Shown here in pieces: positions 29,609 through 38,928 of a DNA stretch of 64,000 nt. Source of the stretch: an uncultured Alphaproteobacteria bacterium (GTDB lineage: Bacteria; Pseudomonadota; Alphaproteobacteria; RF32; CAG-239); assembly GCA_944392235.1 (NCBI GenBank), contig CALXVZ010000007.1:7787-71786 (forward strand). Direction: 5' to 3'. Both the position numbers and the translations under genes were made by a program. Within the stretch, counting starts at the first letter, position 1. Each line of letters opens with the position of its first letter. Below the pieces are notes generated by a model. That model worked only from the letters and a program-made list of their open reading frames with translations. It did no database searches and was not told the DNA's origin.

Positions 29609-30601
29609 ATGTCTGGTTCTTTAGCATCTAATAATAGCTTGCAATACGAGGATTTAAAACATGCTGTTGAAACTATCGATCGTGAAATAGAGACATTAGA
29701 AATATTAAAACATAATTTAGATGGTAATTTGTCTAAGGCTCTTGATTTACTTCAAGCAACAAAAGGGCGTGTTATTGTGACCGGTATGGGAAAATCCGGT
29801 CATATTGGCAGAAAAATTGCTGCAACTTTCGCCTCAACCGGAACTGTCGCTTTTTTTGTGCATCCTGCTGAAGCTAGCCATGGCGATCTAGGTATGATTT
29901 CTGACGATGATGTTATTATTGCTATCTCGTATAGTGGCGAATCTAAAGAACTTTCTGATATTCTTATGTATGCGAAAAGACATAATATTCCTTTAATCGC
30001 TATTACAAAAAACCCTCAGAGTGCTCTGGGAAAAAATTCTTCTTTAGTTCTTCAATTGCCTGATAATGGTGAAGCTTGCCCTCTGGGCTTGGCCCCAACA
30101 TCTTCTACTACCGCAACATTGGTTTTAGGGGATGTTCTTGCTGTTGATATGATGGAAAGACGTGGTTTTTCTGCAACGGATTTTCGTCAACGTCATCCTG
30201 GTGGTAAATTAGGCTCCATTCTATGTAAAGTTTCTGATTTTATGCATACAGGTTCGGAAATTCCTTTAGTCAAAGATACCGCTCTTATGCAAGAGGCTCT
30301 TTTGGTGATGACTGAAAAAATGCTTGGTTGTGTTGGCATTGTTGATAAATACGATAACTTGATCGGTATTATTACTGATGGTGACTTGAGACGTTCAATG
30401 AGCCCTTCTTTAATTACTAAAAAAGTGTCTGAAGTTATGACTGCTAATCCAGCAGTCATATCTCCGGATGCTCTCGTTGTTGATGCCGTTAATATGATGA
30501 ATAATACTGGACGCGGTATTACTAATTTATTCGTTATTCAAAATAGAAAACCTATCGGTATTATTCATATTCATGATTGTTTGAGAGCAGGAGCTGCTTA
30601 G
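29609..30601 (+). CDS. kdsD: Arabinose-5-phosphate isomerase (KpsF/GutQ family)
   Basis: SIS domain (GRVIVTGMGKSGHIGRKIAATFASTG) plus tandem CBS domains. It lies upstream of the lpt genes. Confidence 0.9.
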   Translation: MSGSLASNNSLQYEDLKHAVETIDREIETLEILKHNLDGNLSKALDLLQATKGRVIVTGMGKSGHIGRKIAATFASTGTVAFFVHPAEASHGDLGMISDDDVIIAISYSGESKELSDILMYAKRHNIPLIAITKNPQSALGKNSSLVLQLPDNGEACPLGLAPTSSTTATLVLGDVLAVDMMERRGFSATDFRQRHPGGKLGSILCKVSDFMHTGSEIPLVKDTALMQEALLVMTEKMLGCVGIVDKYDNLIGIITDGDLRRSMSPSLITKKVSEVMTANPAVISPDALVVDAVNMMNNTGRGITNLFVIQNRKPIGIIHIHDCLRAGAA

Positions 30602-32010
30602 GCGTGTTTGAAACTCAAAAAATTGATTTGTTTTTTAGTGGAGAAAAAAATCTTCTTGAAGAAGAAGAGAGAGTTTATGTTAGTAGAAGATCTAAAATTG
30701 TTCGCTTCTTAAAACTCTTTCTTCCTTGTTTGACCGCTCTTCTTCTTGGTGTCGGTGTTGCTTTGTTTGATTTTGATACAAATGCCGAATCTCCTCTGTC
30801 TTTGGCGGAAGATGAAAAAATTTATTTTGAACAATTTCGAATGAAAAATACTGTCTTTGAAATTACTGAAAAAGATAATAAATTTAGCACTCTTCGTGCT
30901 GATATCGTTGAAGAAATTGAACCAGGTAAGAAATTATATAATCTAATCTCACCTAAAGCTAAAACTTTAGATAATGGTAAACTTATAACTTTGGTTGCAG
31001 ATAAAGGAACTTATAATCAAAATAAGCAAATTTTACAACTTAACCATAATGTTGTTGCTAACTACAATAAACAAATGGAAGCTTACACAAATAGCGCAAC
31101 CTATAACTTTGCTACTGAATATGGTTTTGGAAATGAAAAAATTTGGGGAAAAGGTGAAAAAGGTTCCTTTGAAGCTAGTAAATTTACTTTTGATAAGAAA
31201 AAGGGAATTGTTACCCTTATTAAAAATGTTAAAATGATTGGTGATGACTTAAAATTAGTTTCTCCTGATAAAGCTACCCTTTTCTTATCTCAAAATAAAT
31301 TTGTTTCAACTAATGCTACTATAACAAAAGGAAAAGATATTCTTAAAGGTGATACTATTACGGCATTCTTTAAGGATACTAAGAATTTTGATATTGAAAA
31401 AGCTTACAGTCAAGGTCATACAGAAATTCTATCTGATGGCAAAAAAGCTTATGCAGATAAAGGAGAATATTATGCTTCCACAGGATTGGTTAAACTTTTT
31501 GATAATGTCAAAATTATTGATCAAAACGGATATACAGCAACTGCTGATTTCGGAACCTACGATAGCGCTAAAAAGCTTTTTTCATTACATGATAATGTGG
31601 TTGTTAAAGATAAAAATGGTTATACCGCAATTGCAGATAATGGTGTTTATGATCTTGTAAAAAAGACCTTTACACTTGAAGATAATGTTAAAATTGATAA
31701 AGGTTCCAATACCATTACCGCTCCTAAGGCCGTTTATTTCCAGTCTAAAGATGAATTCAGATTTTATGATAATGTAAAAGTTACTCAAGAAGGTAATACA
31801 GCAACGGCTAAAAGTGGGGTTTATTTTGTAAAGAAAAATTTAGCAGAACTAAGCGGCAATGTGGTTATTACTAAAGATGGTAATATGGTTAGAGGCGATA
31901 AGGCTATTTCCGATTTTTCAACTTCCAGAAGCAAACTTATTGCTAAAAAAGGAGGGAGAATATCTGGTAAATTAATTGAAAGCACTTTAAAAGAGAAAAA
32001 GGATAAATAG
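30577..32010 (+). CDS. LPS export protein, apparent LptC-LptA fusion (alternative start GTG 30604)
   Basis: Single N-terminal TM (FLPCLTALLLGVGVALF) and an LptC-like beta-jellyroll region. A long series of OstA/LptA-like strands follows (YTATADFGTYDS..., YTAIADNGVYDL..., NTATAKSGVYFV...). It occupies the lptC+lptA slot between kdsD and lptB. Confidence 0.65.
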   Translation: MFESRSCLGVFETQKIDLFFSGEKNLLEEEERVYVSRRSKIVRFLKLFLPCLTALLLGVGVALFDFDTNAESPLSLAEDEKIYFEQFRMKNTVFEITEKDNKFSTLRADIVEEIEPGKKLYNLISPKAKTLDNGKLITLVADKGTYNQNKQILQLNHNVVANYNKQMEAYTNSATYNFATEYGFGNEKIWGKGEKGSFEASKFTFDKKKGIVTLIKNVKMIGDDLKLVSPDKATLFLSQNKFVSTNATITKGKDILKGDTITAFFKDTKNFDIEKAYSQGHTEILSDGKKAYADKGEYYASTGLVKLFDNVKIIDQNGYTATADFGTYDSAKKLFSLHDNVVVKDKNGYTAIADNGVYDLVKKTFTLEDNVKIDKGSNTITAPKAVYFQSKDEFRFYDNVKVTQEGNTATAKSGVYFVKKNLAELSGNVVITKDGNMVRGDKAISDFSTSRSKLIAKKGGRISGKLIESTLKEKKDK

Positions 32011-32011
32011 C

Positions 32012-32758
32012 ATGGAAAAAATCTCTGATAAGCAAAATTCTATTTTGGAAGTTTTTAATATCGGAAAAAGATATAAAAATAGAAGTGTTTTGCGTAATGT
32101 ATCCTTAAATGTTAAAAGAGGCGAAGCTGTCGGTTTGTTGGGACCAAATGGTGCAGGAAAAACAACTTGCTTTTATTGTGTTACCGGCTTAATTACCCCT
32201 GATTATGGCGATGTTCATATTGACGGACAAGATATTACCTATCTTCCTATGTATAAACGTGCAAGATTGGGTATTGGATACCTTCCGCAAGAAGCATCCA
32301 TCTTTCGTAATTTAAGCGTGGAAGATAACATTAAAGCTGTCTTAGAAATTGTTGTTGATGATGAAGAAAAGCGTAATACTATGCTTGAAGAGCTTCTTAA
32401 TGAATTTTCTATAGTTCATTTAAGAAAATCTCCGGCTATCGCTCTATCCGGTGGTGAGCGTCGTCGTTTGGAAATCGCGCGCGCTCTTGCCGGTCAACCT
32501 AACTATATTCTTCTTGATGAACCTTTGGCTGGTATTGATCCTATTGCCGTAGGTGAAATTCGTGAACTTGTTTCTCAATTGAAAAACAGAGGCTTAGGCG
32601 TTCTTATTACAGACCATAATGTTCGTGAAACTTTAGATATTATTGATAGAGCCTATATATTACATGGAGGGGCTGTTTTAATGGAAGGAACTCCTAGCGA
32701 AATCGTTGCTAGTGAGGAAGTTAGAAAAGTTTATCTTGGTGATAATTTTTCTATATAA
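32012..32758 (+). CDS. lptB: LPS export ABC transporter ATP-binding protein LptB
   Basis: Walker [10 protein letters not shown], signature LSGGERRR and Walker B ILLDEPLAGIDP. Canonical position. Confidence 0.93.
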   Translation: MEKISDKQNSILEVFNIGKRYKNRSVLRNVSLNVKRGEAVGLLGPNGAGKTTCFYCVTGLITPDYGDVHIDGQDITYLPMYKRARLGIGYLPQEASIFRNLSVEDNIKAVLEIVVDDEEKRNTMLEELLNEFSIVHLRKSPAIALSGGERRRLEIARALAGQPNYILLDEPLAGIDPIAVGEIRELVSQLKNRGLGVLITDHNVRETLDIIDRAYILHGGAVLMEGTPSEIVASEEVRKVYLGDNFSI

Positions 32759-32840
32759 ATCCCCCCTTTTTTGTTGACTTTTTGTTGTAAATCAGGATAT
32801 GATTTGGGTAGAAAATAATAAATTATTGAAGGGAAATGTT

Positions 32841-33407
32841 ATGAAAGTTACATTGTCAGGAAAACAGGTTGATATTAGCGATAAATTACGTAAGCATGTT
32901 GAAGAAGGTGTTGAAGCTTCTGTTTCTAAGTACTTTAGCGCTCCTATCAGTTGTTCTGTTGCTTTCTCTAAAGAAGGTGAAGATTTTGGAGCTGAAATCA
33001 CTGTTCATCCAGCAAAAAATATTGTTCTAAAAGGTTCTGGCTCTGCTGCTGATCCTTATTCTGCTTTTGATAATGCTAATGAACATATTGCGACTCGCTT
33101 ACGTCGTCACAAAACTAAATTAAGCGGTCATAAGAGCAAAATCGGTTTGGCTGAATTGGCTTACTCTGCTGTTCTTCCTTTAGTTGAACAAGATGAAGAA
33201 GTTGATGTTAATGAAAATGCTCCTCTGACTATTGCTGAAACTGATGCAAATATTCCTGTTTGTACCGTTAGTGAAGCTGTTATGCTTATGGATTTAAGTA
33301 ACGAATGCGCTCAAATGTTTAGAAATAGCGCAAATAATCATATTAGTATGGTTTATCGCCGTAAAGACGGTAATATCGGTTGGGTTGAACCGAAAGCTGA
33401 TAACTAA
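32841..33407 (+). CDS. hpf: Ribosome hibernation promoting factor, long form
   Basis: MKVTLSGKQVDISDKLRKHVEE... S30AE domain plus a C-terminal dimerisation-type domain (VCTVSEAVMLMD...MVYRRKDGNIGWVEP). Confidence 0.85.
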   Translation: MKVTLSGKQVDISDKLRKHVEEGVEASVSKYFSAPISCSVAFSKEGEDFGAEITVHPAKNIVLKGSGSAADPYSAFDNANEHIATRLRRHKTKLSGHKSKIGLAELAYSAVLPLVEQDEEVDVNENAPLTIAETDANIPVCTVSEAVMLMDLSNECAQMFRNSANNHISMVYRRKDGNIGWVEPKADN

Positions 33408-33425
33408 TTTTTGAGGAATAAGCCA

Positions 33426-33869
33426 ATGAATATTGCTGATATAATTTCTAAAGAAGCTGTGCTTGATAATCTTCAAGCTTCCAGCAAGCGTGAGTTGGTT
33501 CAGGTTTTATCTGAACGCATTGCCGCTCTTTCTGGTTTAGATGAACGAGCTGTTTTTGATGCTGTTTGGGAACGTGAAAATCTTGGATCAACAGGCTACG
33601 GTGAAGGTGTTGCTTTCCCTCATGCTAGAATTGAAGGCTTGGATAAAGTTTGTGCAATGTTTGCAAGACTTGAAGAGCCAGTTGATTTTGATTCTCTTGA
33701 TGGCAAGCCTGTTGATTTGGTTTTCTTGCTTATCAGTCCTGAAAATAGTGGGGCTGATCATTTAACTGCTCTAGCTGCTCTTTCTCGTATTCTTAAAACG
33801 GAAGGTAGCTGTGAAAAGTTAAGAAAAGCTCGCTCTGTTGACGAAATTTATGCAATATTGAACGCTTAA
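33426..33869 (+). CDS. ptsN: Nitrogen-related PTS EIIA (PtsN)
   Basis: EIIA-2 fold with GEGVAFPHARIEG (phosphorylatable His). It follows hpf. Confidence 0.85.
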   Translation: MNIADIISKEAVLDNLQASSKRELVQVLSERIAALSGLDERAVFDAVWERENLGSTGYGEGVAFPHARIEGLDKVCAMFARLEEPVDFDSLDGKPVDLVFLLISPENSGADHLTALAALSRILKTEGSCEKLRKARSVDEIYAILNA

Positions 33870-33886
33870 TTATTCCATTCAAGATT

Positions 33887-33916
33887 TCCCCTATCGCCTG
33901 ATAGGGGATTTTTTTA
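33887..33916 (+). terminator. Rho-independent terminator of the lpt-hpf-ptsN operon
   Basis: tcccctatc-gcct-gatagggga followed by 8 T. Confidence 0.75.
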
Positions 33917-34184
33917 TGTTTGCTTAAAAAACTGATTTTATATAGAATAGGATATAATATCAAAGCGTTCTATTAACGAGCATGACTTCTACACTATAAG
34001 CATAGAATTTTATAGATGATTTATCACCCTATAAATTAAGAGGTATTTGTTTATTTTCTTCCGAACATTAGTGTTTTAATTTTTATTTTTTAGACTTTTA
34101 GAAAAAACTTGACAAAAAAATATATTTGCTAGTCTTAGCTTACAAATGAATTATTATATGTTTAACTATTAAAATTTTTAAATT

Positions 34185-34802
34185 ATGAATGATTTTTTGG
34201 ATTATTTGAAAATGTTTGTGGGTGGCGTCATTACTGTCGGTCTTATCGTTCTTCTTATTGCTGGCTGTGATAAATCTCTTAAAGATGGTTACTATAGAAC
34301 GACAATTGTCTATAAAGATTATATCGCATTTAAGGTTGAAGCAGAGGTAAGATTTGACTATGGGTTATTTGAGTCTCCAGCCGGTGAAGAGACACTGCTG
34401 TTATTGATTCAAGAAGTAATTACCGAGCTATCTTTTGATGATATCATTAATCATCCCGATAAAATAGCACGAGAAGTTAAGAGGCGCTATGATGCATCGG
34501 ATGGGGCAAAATTAGAATCCTTTTATATTCGGGTTGATCCTCCATTAGATTTTTCCGCAGCATCTCAAAGACTTAAATCTTTGCCAATGACACTAGAAGC
34601 TGATAGTATAATATCCGAAGCAGCAAAGAGAGATGCTAAGGGTTATACTCCGGAAGCTGAACGCTTAGAAGAAAGACGCGATGCTCGCCAGCGTATTGAA
34701 AGCAATGAGCGGATTAAAATTCGTCAGGCTAAAGCCATTGAAAATGCAGCGGATAATATGGGAGTTCTCAGTGGAGATTTAAGTGTCAGTCTTGGTAATT
34801 GA
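34185..34802 (+). CDS. Hypothetical lipoprotein with a charged helical C-terminus
   Basis: Lipobox-like LLIAGC after a hydrophobic segment. The C-terminal part is rich in E/R/A. I recognise no family. Confidence 0.5.
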   Translation: MNDFLDYLKMFVGGVITVGLIVLLIAGCDKSLKDGYYRTTIVYKDYIAFKVEAEVRFDYGLFESPAGEETLLLLIQEVITELSFDDIINHPDKIAREVKRRYDASDGAKLESFYIRVDPPLDFSAASQRLKSLPMTLEADSIISEAAKRDAKGYTPEAERLEERRDARQRIESNERIKIRQAKAIENAADNMGVLSGDLSVSLGN

Positions 34803-34849
34803 TTACCTATTTTTAAAGTGCTATGATTTATTATCGTAGCACTTTTCTT

Positions 34850-36250
34850 TTATCTTGTAAATTTACTTCTAATCATACTTATCATTTTCTGCTTAGAGGA
34901 AAGAGGTTTCTCTCTATAATAAATTTTAGGTTTCGCAACCCTATTATCAATTCTTATATCTATATTTTCTGCACCTTTGGGTAAAATTAATTCTTCCAAT
35001 GGTGTATTATATCCCGTTTCTCCGGTGATATTAATAACTTTCAGACCGTTCACATTTAAATTTAAACTCTCCGGCATATTTCTACAATCTTTAAAACTGA
35101 TTTCTATAACATTTTCAGGAAATTTTATCTCCTTAATTCTATCCAATAAAGCATCTTGAAACTCTATATCTGCACATTCTTTTATACTACTTAAATCTAA
35201 TATGTCATTATCAGCGTGATAATGACGCAAATTTAAAATTCCAATTTTCTCCGGAAAGATTTTTATTTCTTCTATTCTTTCTCTATCCAGTGTCAATACG
35301 GATATCTTTGAAAACTGTGATAAATCAAAACTTTTCGGTAATTGTGTCTTTTCATCCACATAAAGCAACCCTATTTCTGTATCTTGAGGAAAAAAGATAT
35401 TTTCTACATCTCTTAAATCTGATTGCTCGAACATAACTTCCCATAAATTGTGCAAATTACTGAAATTGAGGTCTTTTGTAAAACCTTTAACGGCCTTAAA
35501 AGAAATGTCCGTTATACTTTCCGGTAATCTCAACACAAGTTTCTGCAAATCTGTTTGTTCTATATTCAGCATTTCCAAATTTATACTATCTATATTGTTG
35601 TATTGCGGAATATTTTGACAATTACTTATCGTTAATATCTTCATATCCTCAATTTCCAACATTGAATAGTCTTCTAAATTTTGATTGCCCAGATACCCTC
35701 GTTCTGTCTTGTTTGTTTGCTTTAATTTATATACTTTTCCAAGTTTACCGTTCTTTTGTGCAGCCTGCAAAATTTTGGTTTGTTCTTTATAAATCTTTCT
35801 TTCCAAAAAATATTTTTCTATATTTCTTATATCTCTCTTATCAATGTTTGCTCTTATAAAGTATCTTGGAATAGGTTGCTCTAAACCACAATAAACTATA
35901 CTTGCCAATAAATAATCTTCTGTCTCTTGTTGTTTGTTATTTTCTCTAACTTTTTCAATCAAAATCCGCATTTTTTCTAAAACAGATTTTTGATTTATGC
36001 AATTTAAGGCACTACCAATCAGTAACGAGCGGTATTGCAGATATTCTTTATCATCCTTTTCTATTTTTTGTTGAATTAGATATAAAAGCTCTCTGGTTAC
36101 TTTGGGATTATTAGTTGCTGATAATATGTTTTTACAAAAATCAGGATTTATCTCTTTTGCCCCGCTTTTATATTCATACAAGCGATTATAGCAGGATAAA
36201 GGACTTTTTTCATCTTTTATAGTTATCTCATAGTCTTTTATTTTTATCAT
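34850..36250 (-). CDS. Leucine-rich-repeat (BspA/FNIP-like) protein
   Basis: The C-terminal region (about 270 aa) reads as roughly 11 units of about 22 aa, e.g. ...IEEIKIFPEKIGILNL..., ...IKEIKFPENVIEISF..., ...LEELILPKGAENIDI.... Its start codon overlaps the stop of the upstream methyltransferase gene (ATGA). Confidence 0.6.
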   Translation of the reverse strand: MIKIKDYEITIKDEKSPLSCYNRLYEYKSGAKEINPDFCKNILSATNNPKVTRELLYLIQQKIEKDDKEYLQYRSLLIGSALNCINQKSVLEKMRILIEKVRENNKQQETEDYLLASIVYCGLEQPIPRYFIRANIDKRDIRNIEKYFLERKIYKEQTKILQAAQKNGKLGKVYKLKQTNKTERGYLGNQNLEDYSMLEIEDMKILTISNCQNIPQYNNIDSINLEMLNIEQTDLQKLVLRLPESITDISFKAVKGFTKDLNFSNLHNLWEVMFEQSDLRDVENIFFPQDTEIGLLYVDEKTQLPKSFDLSQFSKISVLTLDRERIEEIKIFPEKIGILNLRHYHADNDILDLSSIKECADIEFQDALLDRIKEIKFPENVIEISFKDCRNMPESLNLNVNGLKVINITGETGYNTPLEELILPKGAENIDIRIDNRVAKPKIYYREKPLSSKQKMISMIRSKFTR

Positions 36251-36999
36251 TCTTCCTCATCAAAAAAATTCTTGCCCTGACGCAAAATTCTTTGTGCTTT
36301 TTCTGTATAGCTTCCATCTTCATTATGAACATAAAACGGAGGTAAAATCTTTGTTATTCCTCTAGCGCCTCTCTTAGCAATTATCGCAACTCTTTTTGCT
36401 TCTTGCCCTTGTTTTGAATATAAAGGTAAAATTCTTATATCTCCGGCTCGATTATGTAATGCTGACAATATTTCATTTATAGCTTCTGTTCTATTTATCA
36501 GATACAACTCTCCTTTTGATTTTAGCATTTTTATGCAAAACATTATCCAGCCCGTTAAATCAAAATTTTGATGATTATGTGCTAATTTTTTACTTTCATT
36601 CGGAGATGGCATATCATGGTCGCTATATGGAGGATTGGTTATCACTATATCATAACTATTCAGCTCTTCTTTTCTATCCTCTCTTATATCAAAATTCTCA
36701 TAAGATAATATATTTTGAAAATTATTGGCTATCGCACTTTTATTTGATAATTCTACCAATTCTTTTTGAATATCTAATCCTGTAATTTTGATATCCTTAT
36801 CCTTCATTCTTGCTGCCAAACATAGCGATATTGCTCCTGTCCCTGAGCCTGCATCCAAAATTTTAACTCCTCTTTTTAATTTTCTATCATCAACCAATGA
36901 TGATAGAAATACTGCATCTGTCGATGCTCTATATCCATCTATCGGTTGAAAAATTTTCACTTGTTTATCCAGCAAATAATCGTTGGTAAAATTATCCAT
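36247..36999 (-). CDS. tRNA (adenine-N6)-methyltransferase TrmN6/YfiC-like
   Basis: IFQPIDGYRASTDAVFL, SAM motif ILDAGSGTGAISL and catalytic ITNPPY. Confidence 0.7.
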   Translation of the reverse strand: MDNFTNDYLLDKQVKIFQPIDGYRASTDAVFLSSLVDDRKLKRGVKILDAGSGTGAISLCLAARMKDKDIKITGLDIQKELVELSNKSAIANNFQNILSYENFDIREDRKEELNSYDIVITNPPYSDHDMPSPNESKKLAHNHQNFDLTGWIMFCIKMLKSKGELYLINRTEAINEILSALHNRAGDIRILPLYSKQGQEAKRVAIIAKRGARGITKILPPFYVHNEDGSYTEKAQRILRQGKNFFDEEE

Positions 37000-37020
37000 T
37001 TTCTTTTTCCTAAAATGAAA

Positions 37021-37049
37021 GGCTTAAAAAGGTTCACCCTCCTTAAGCC
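37021..37049 (-). terminator. Possible terminator hairpin after the ferredoxin gene
   Basis: A 7-bp stem ggcttaa/ttaagcc with a 15-nt loop, followed on the minus strand by a T-rich tract. The large loop makes this weak. Confidence 0.35.
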
Positions 37050-37079
37050 CCTCTTGTTTTATCTTATTTAATCAGCAGA

Positions 37080-37319
37080 TTAATAAGCACTTGGGCATGT
37101 TTTTGCATTTTCAGCATTTACTTTTACCCATTTTTCTTCTGCTTCATCATCTGATGTGATTGCACTTTGTGGGCATTCTGAAATGCATACACCACAATCA
37201 ATGCATGTATCAGGATCTACGACATATTGTTCATCACATACGTGAAAAGCTTCTACAGGGCATACACCAGCGCATGTTCCGCATTTGATGCACAAATCGC
37301 CATTTACAACTGAAGGCAT
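37080..37319 (-). CDS. 2x[4Fe-4S] ferredoxin
   Basis: Two CxxCxxCxxxCP motifs (CIKCGTCAGVCP and CIDCGVCISECP) in 79 aa. Confidence 0.88.
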   Translation of the reverse strand: MPSVVNGDLCIKCGTCAGVCPVEAFHVCDEQYVVDPDTCIDCGVCISECPQSAITSDDEAEEKWVKVNAENAKTCPSAY

Positions 37320-37487
37320 TTTGTTTCTCCTAAAAATTTAATTCCATCACCGTCCTATTTATATTCAATCCGCTCTAATTGCAAGTAAAAAATTATTTTT
37401 CATATACGCTTTCTTGATTTTAAGATTGAAATTATAAAATTTCGAAGTATTATTTGCCTAATTGATTTTTTTATTGGGGAATAACAA

Positions 37488-38810
37488 ATGACAAACATTA
37501 AAGTCAGATTTGCACCGAGCCCTACAGGTTGGATGCATATCGGTAATACTAGAACTGCCTTGTTCAACTATCTTTGGACGAGAAAAATGGGCGGTCAATT
37601 ATTGTTGAGAATTGACGATACTGATAAACTTCGCTCTAAAAAAGAATATGAAGATGGTATCAGAGATGCTCTTACTTGGTTAGGTATCTCTTGGGATGAA
37701 GAAGCAAGACAATCTGCTCGTTTTGCTCGCTATGATGAAGTCGTTGAAAAGCTAAAACAAGAAGGACGTATTTATGCTTGTTATGATACTCCTGAAGAAT
37801 TGGAATTTAAACGGAAAAGATTACTTTCTAAAGGCCTTCCCCCGATTTATGATAGACAGGCTTTGTCTTATACTGAAGCTGATATCGCCCGCTTTCAAGC
37901 TGAAGGACGTAAACCGCATTATCGCTTTAAATTAATTGATGAGGAAATTGTTTGGGAAGATGTGGTTAGAGGAACTTGTCGTTATGAGGCAAGTAAGCTT
38001 TCTGATCCGATTATCATTCGTGAAGACGGTAGCTATTTGTATCACTTGCCTTCTGTTATTGATGATGTGGATTTCAAAATTACCCACATTGTTCGTGGAG
38101 AAGACCACGTTACTAATACAGCGGCTCAAATCCAAATGTTTAAGGCTATCGGAGGAACTGTTCCTACATTTGCACATTTGCCGCTTTTGACCGGTAAAGA
38201 AGGAAAACTTTCTAAGCGACTCGGTAGTCTTGGTGTGCGTGAACTTCGTGATGACGGTATTGAAGCTATGTCTATTTGCTCATTCTTGGCTAAACTCGGC
38301 ACATCTGAAGCTATTGAACCTTTTTATTCTTTAGATGATTTGGCTCAAACTCTTGATTTTAGTAAAATCGGACATGCTCAGCCGAAATTCGATGAAGAAG
38401 AATTGAAGAAATTTAATACCAAACTCGTTCACAATATGCCTTATAGTGCACTTAAAAATAATTTTGGTGTAAATGAAACTTTCTGGAACGATGTTAAAGG
38501 AAACCTTGAAGTCGCAAAAGATGTTTTGTTGTGGGATAATATTTGCAACAAAGAAATTGAACCGATTATGGAAGATGCTGACTTTACGGCTCAAGCTGCA
38601 CAAATGCTTCCGGAAGGCGATTTTGATGATGCCACTTTCAATAATTGGATGAATAAACTTAAAGAAGCTACCGGTAGAAAAGGTAAGGATTTATTCCACC
38701 CAATTCGTATGGCACTCACCGCTCAGGCAAATGGTCCGGAATTGAAAACTTTATTACCTCTTATCGGCAGAGAAAAAGCTTATTTGCGTCTTAACGGAAA
38801 GAAAGCATAA
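37488..38810 (+). CDS. gltX: Glutamyl-tRNA synthetase
   Basis: RFAPSPTGWMHIGNTRTALFN (HIGH region) and KLSKR (KMSKS). 440 aa. Confidence 0.93.
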   Translation: MTNIKVRFAPSPTGWMHIGNTRTALFNYLWTRKMGGQLLLRIDDTDKLRSKKEYEDGIRDALTWLGISWDEEARQSARFARYDEVVEKLKQEGRIYACYDTPEELEFKRKRLLSKGLPPIYDRQALSYTEADIARFQAEGRKPHYRFKLIDEEIVWEDVVRGTCRYEASKLSDPIIIREDGSYLYHLPSVIDDVDFKITHIVRGEDHVTNTAAQIQMFKAIGGTVPTFAHLPLLTGKEGKLSKRLGSLGVRELRDDGIEAMSICSFLAKLGTSEAIEPFYSLDDLAQTLDFSKIGHAQPKFDEEELKKFNTKLVHNMPYSALKNNFGVNETFWNDVKGNLEVAKDVLLWDNICNKEIEPIMEDADFTAQAAQMLPEGDFDDATFNNWMNKLKEATGRKGKDLFHPIRMALTAQANGPELKTLLPLIGREKAYLRLNGKKA

Positions 38811-38835
38811 GTTTCACTTTATTTCGGATAAGCAA

Positions 38836-38862
38836 AGAAGCCTCTTAATTGAGGCTTTTTTA
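38836..38862. terminator. Hairpin terminator between convergent gltX and the helicase gene
   Basis: aagcctc-ttaatt-gaggctt with an A-rich 5' flank and a T-run on the 3' side. Confidence 0.65.
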
Positions 38863-38928
38863 TTTTAAAATTTGATTAAAATTTCAAAGCTGGGAACGAC
38901 TGTTTCCTTAAAAGTATCCTATGTATCC

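Noticed and set aside
30995-31660. Alternative-frame ORFs (80 and 103 aa) inside the lptC/lptA-like gene.
   Set aside because: Their K/L/I-rich translations are a product of AT-rich out-of-frame reading. The main frame has clear Lpt jellyroll repeats.
33917-34184. Long AT-rich intergenic region; examined for an ncRNA, small ORF or promoter (TTGACA at 34109-34114).
   Set aside because: There is no stable secondary structure and no matching -10 element at 16-18 nt spacing. No ORF has an RBS. Nothing could be supported.
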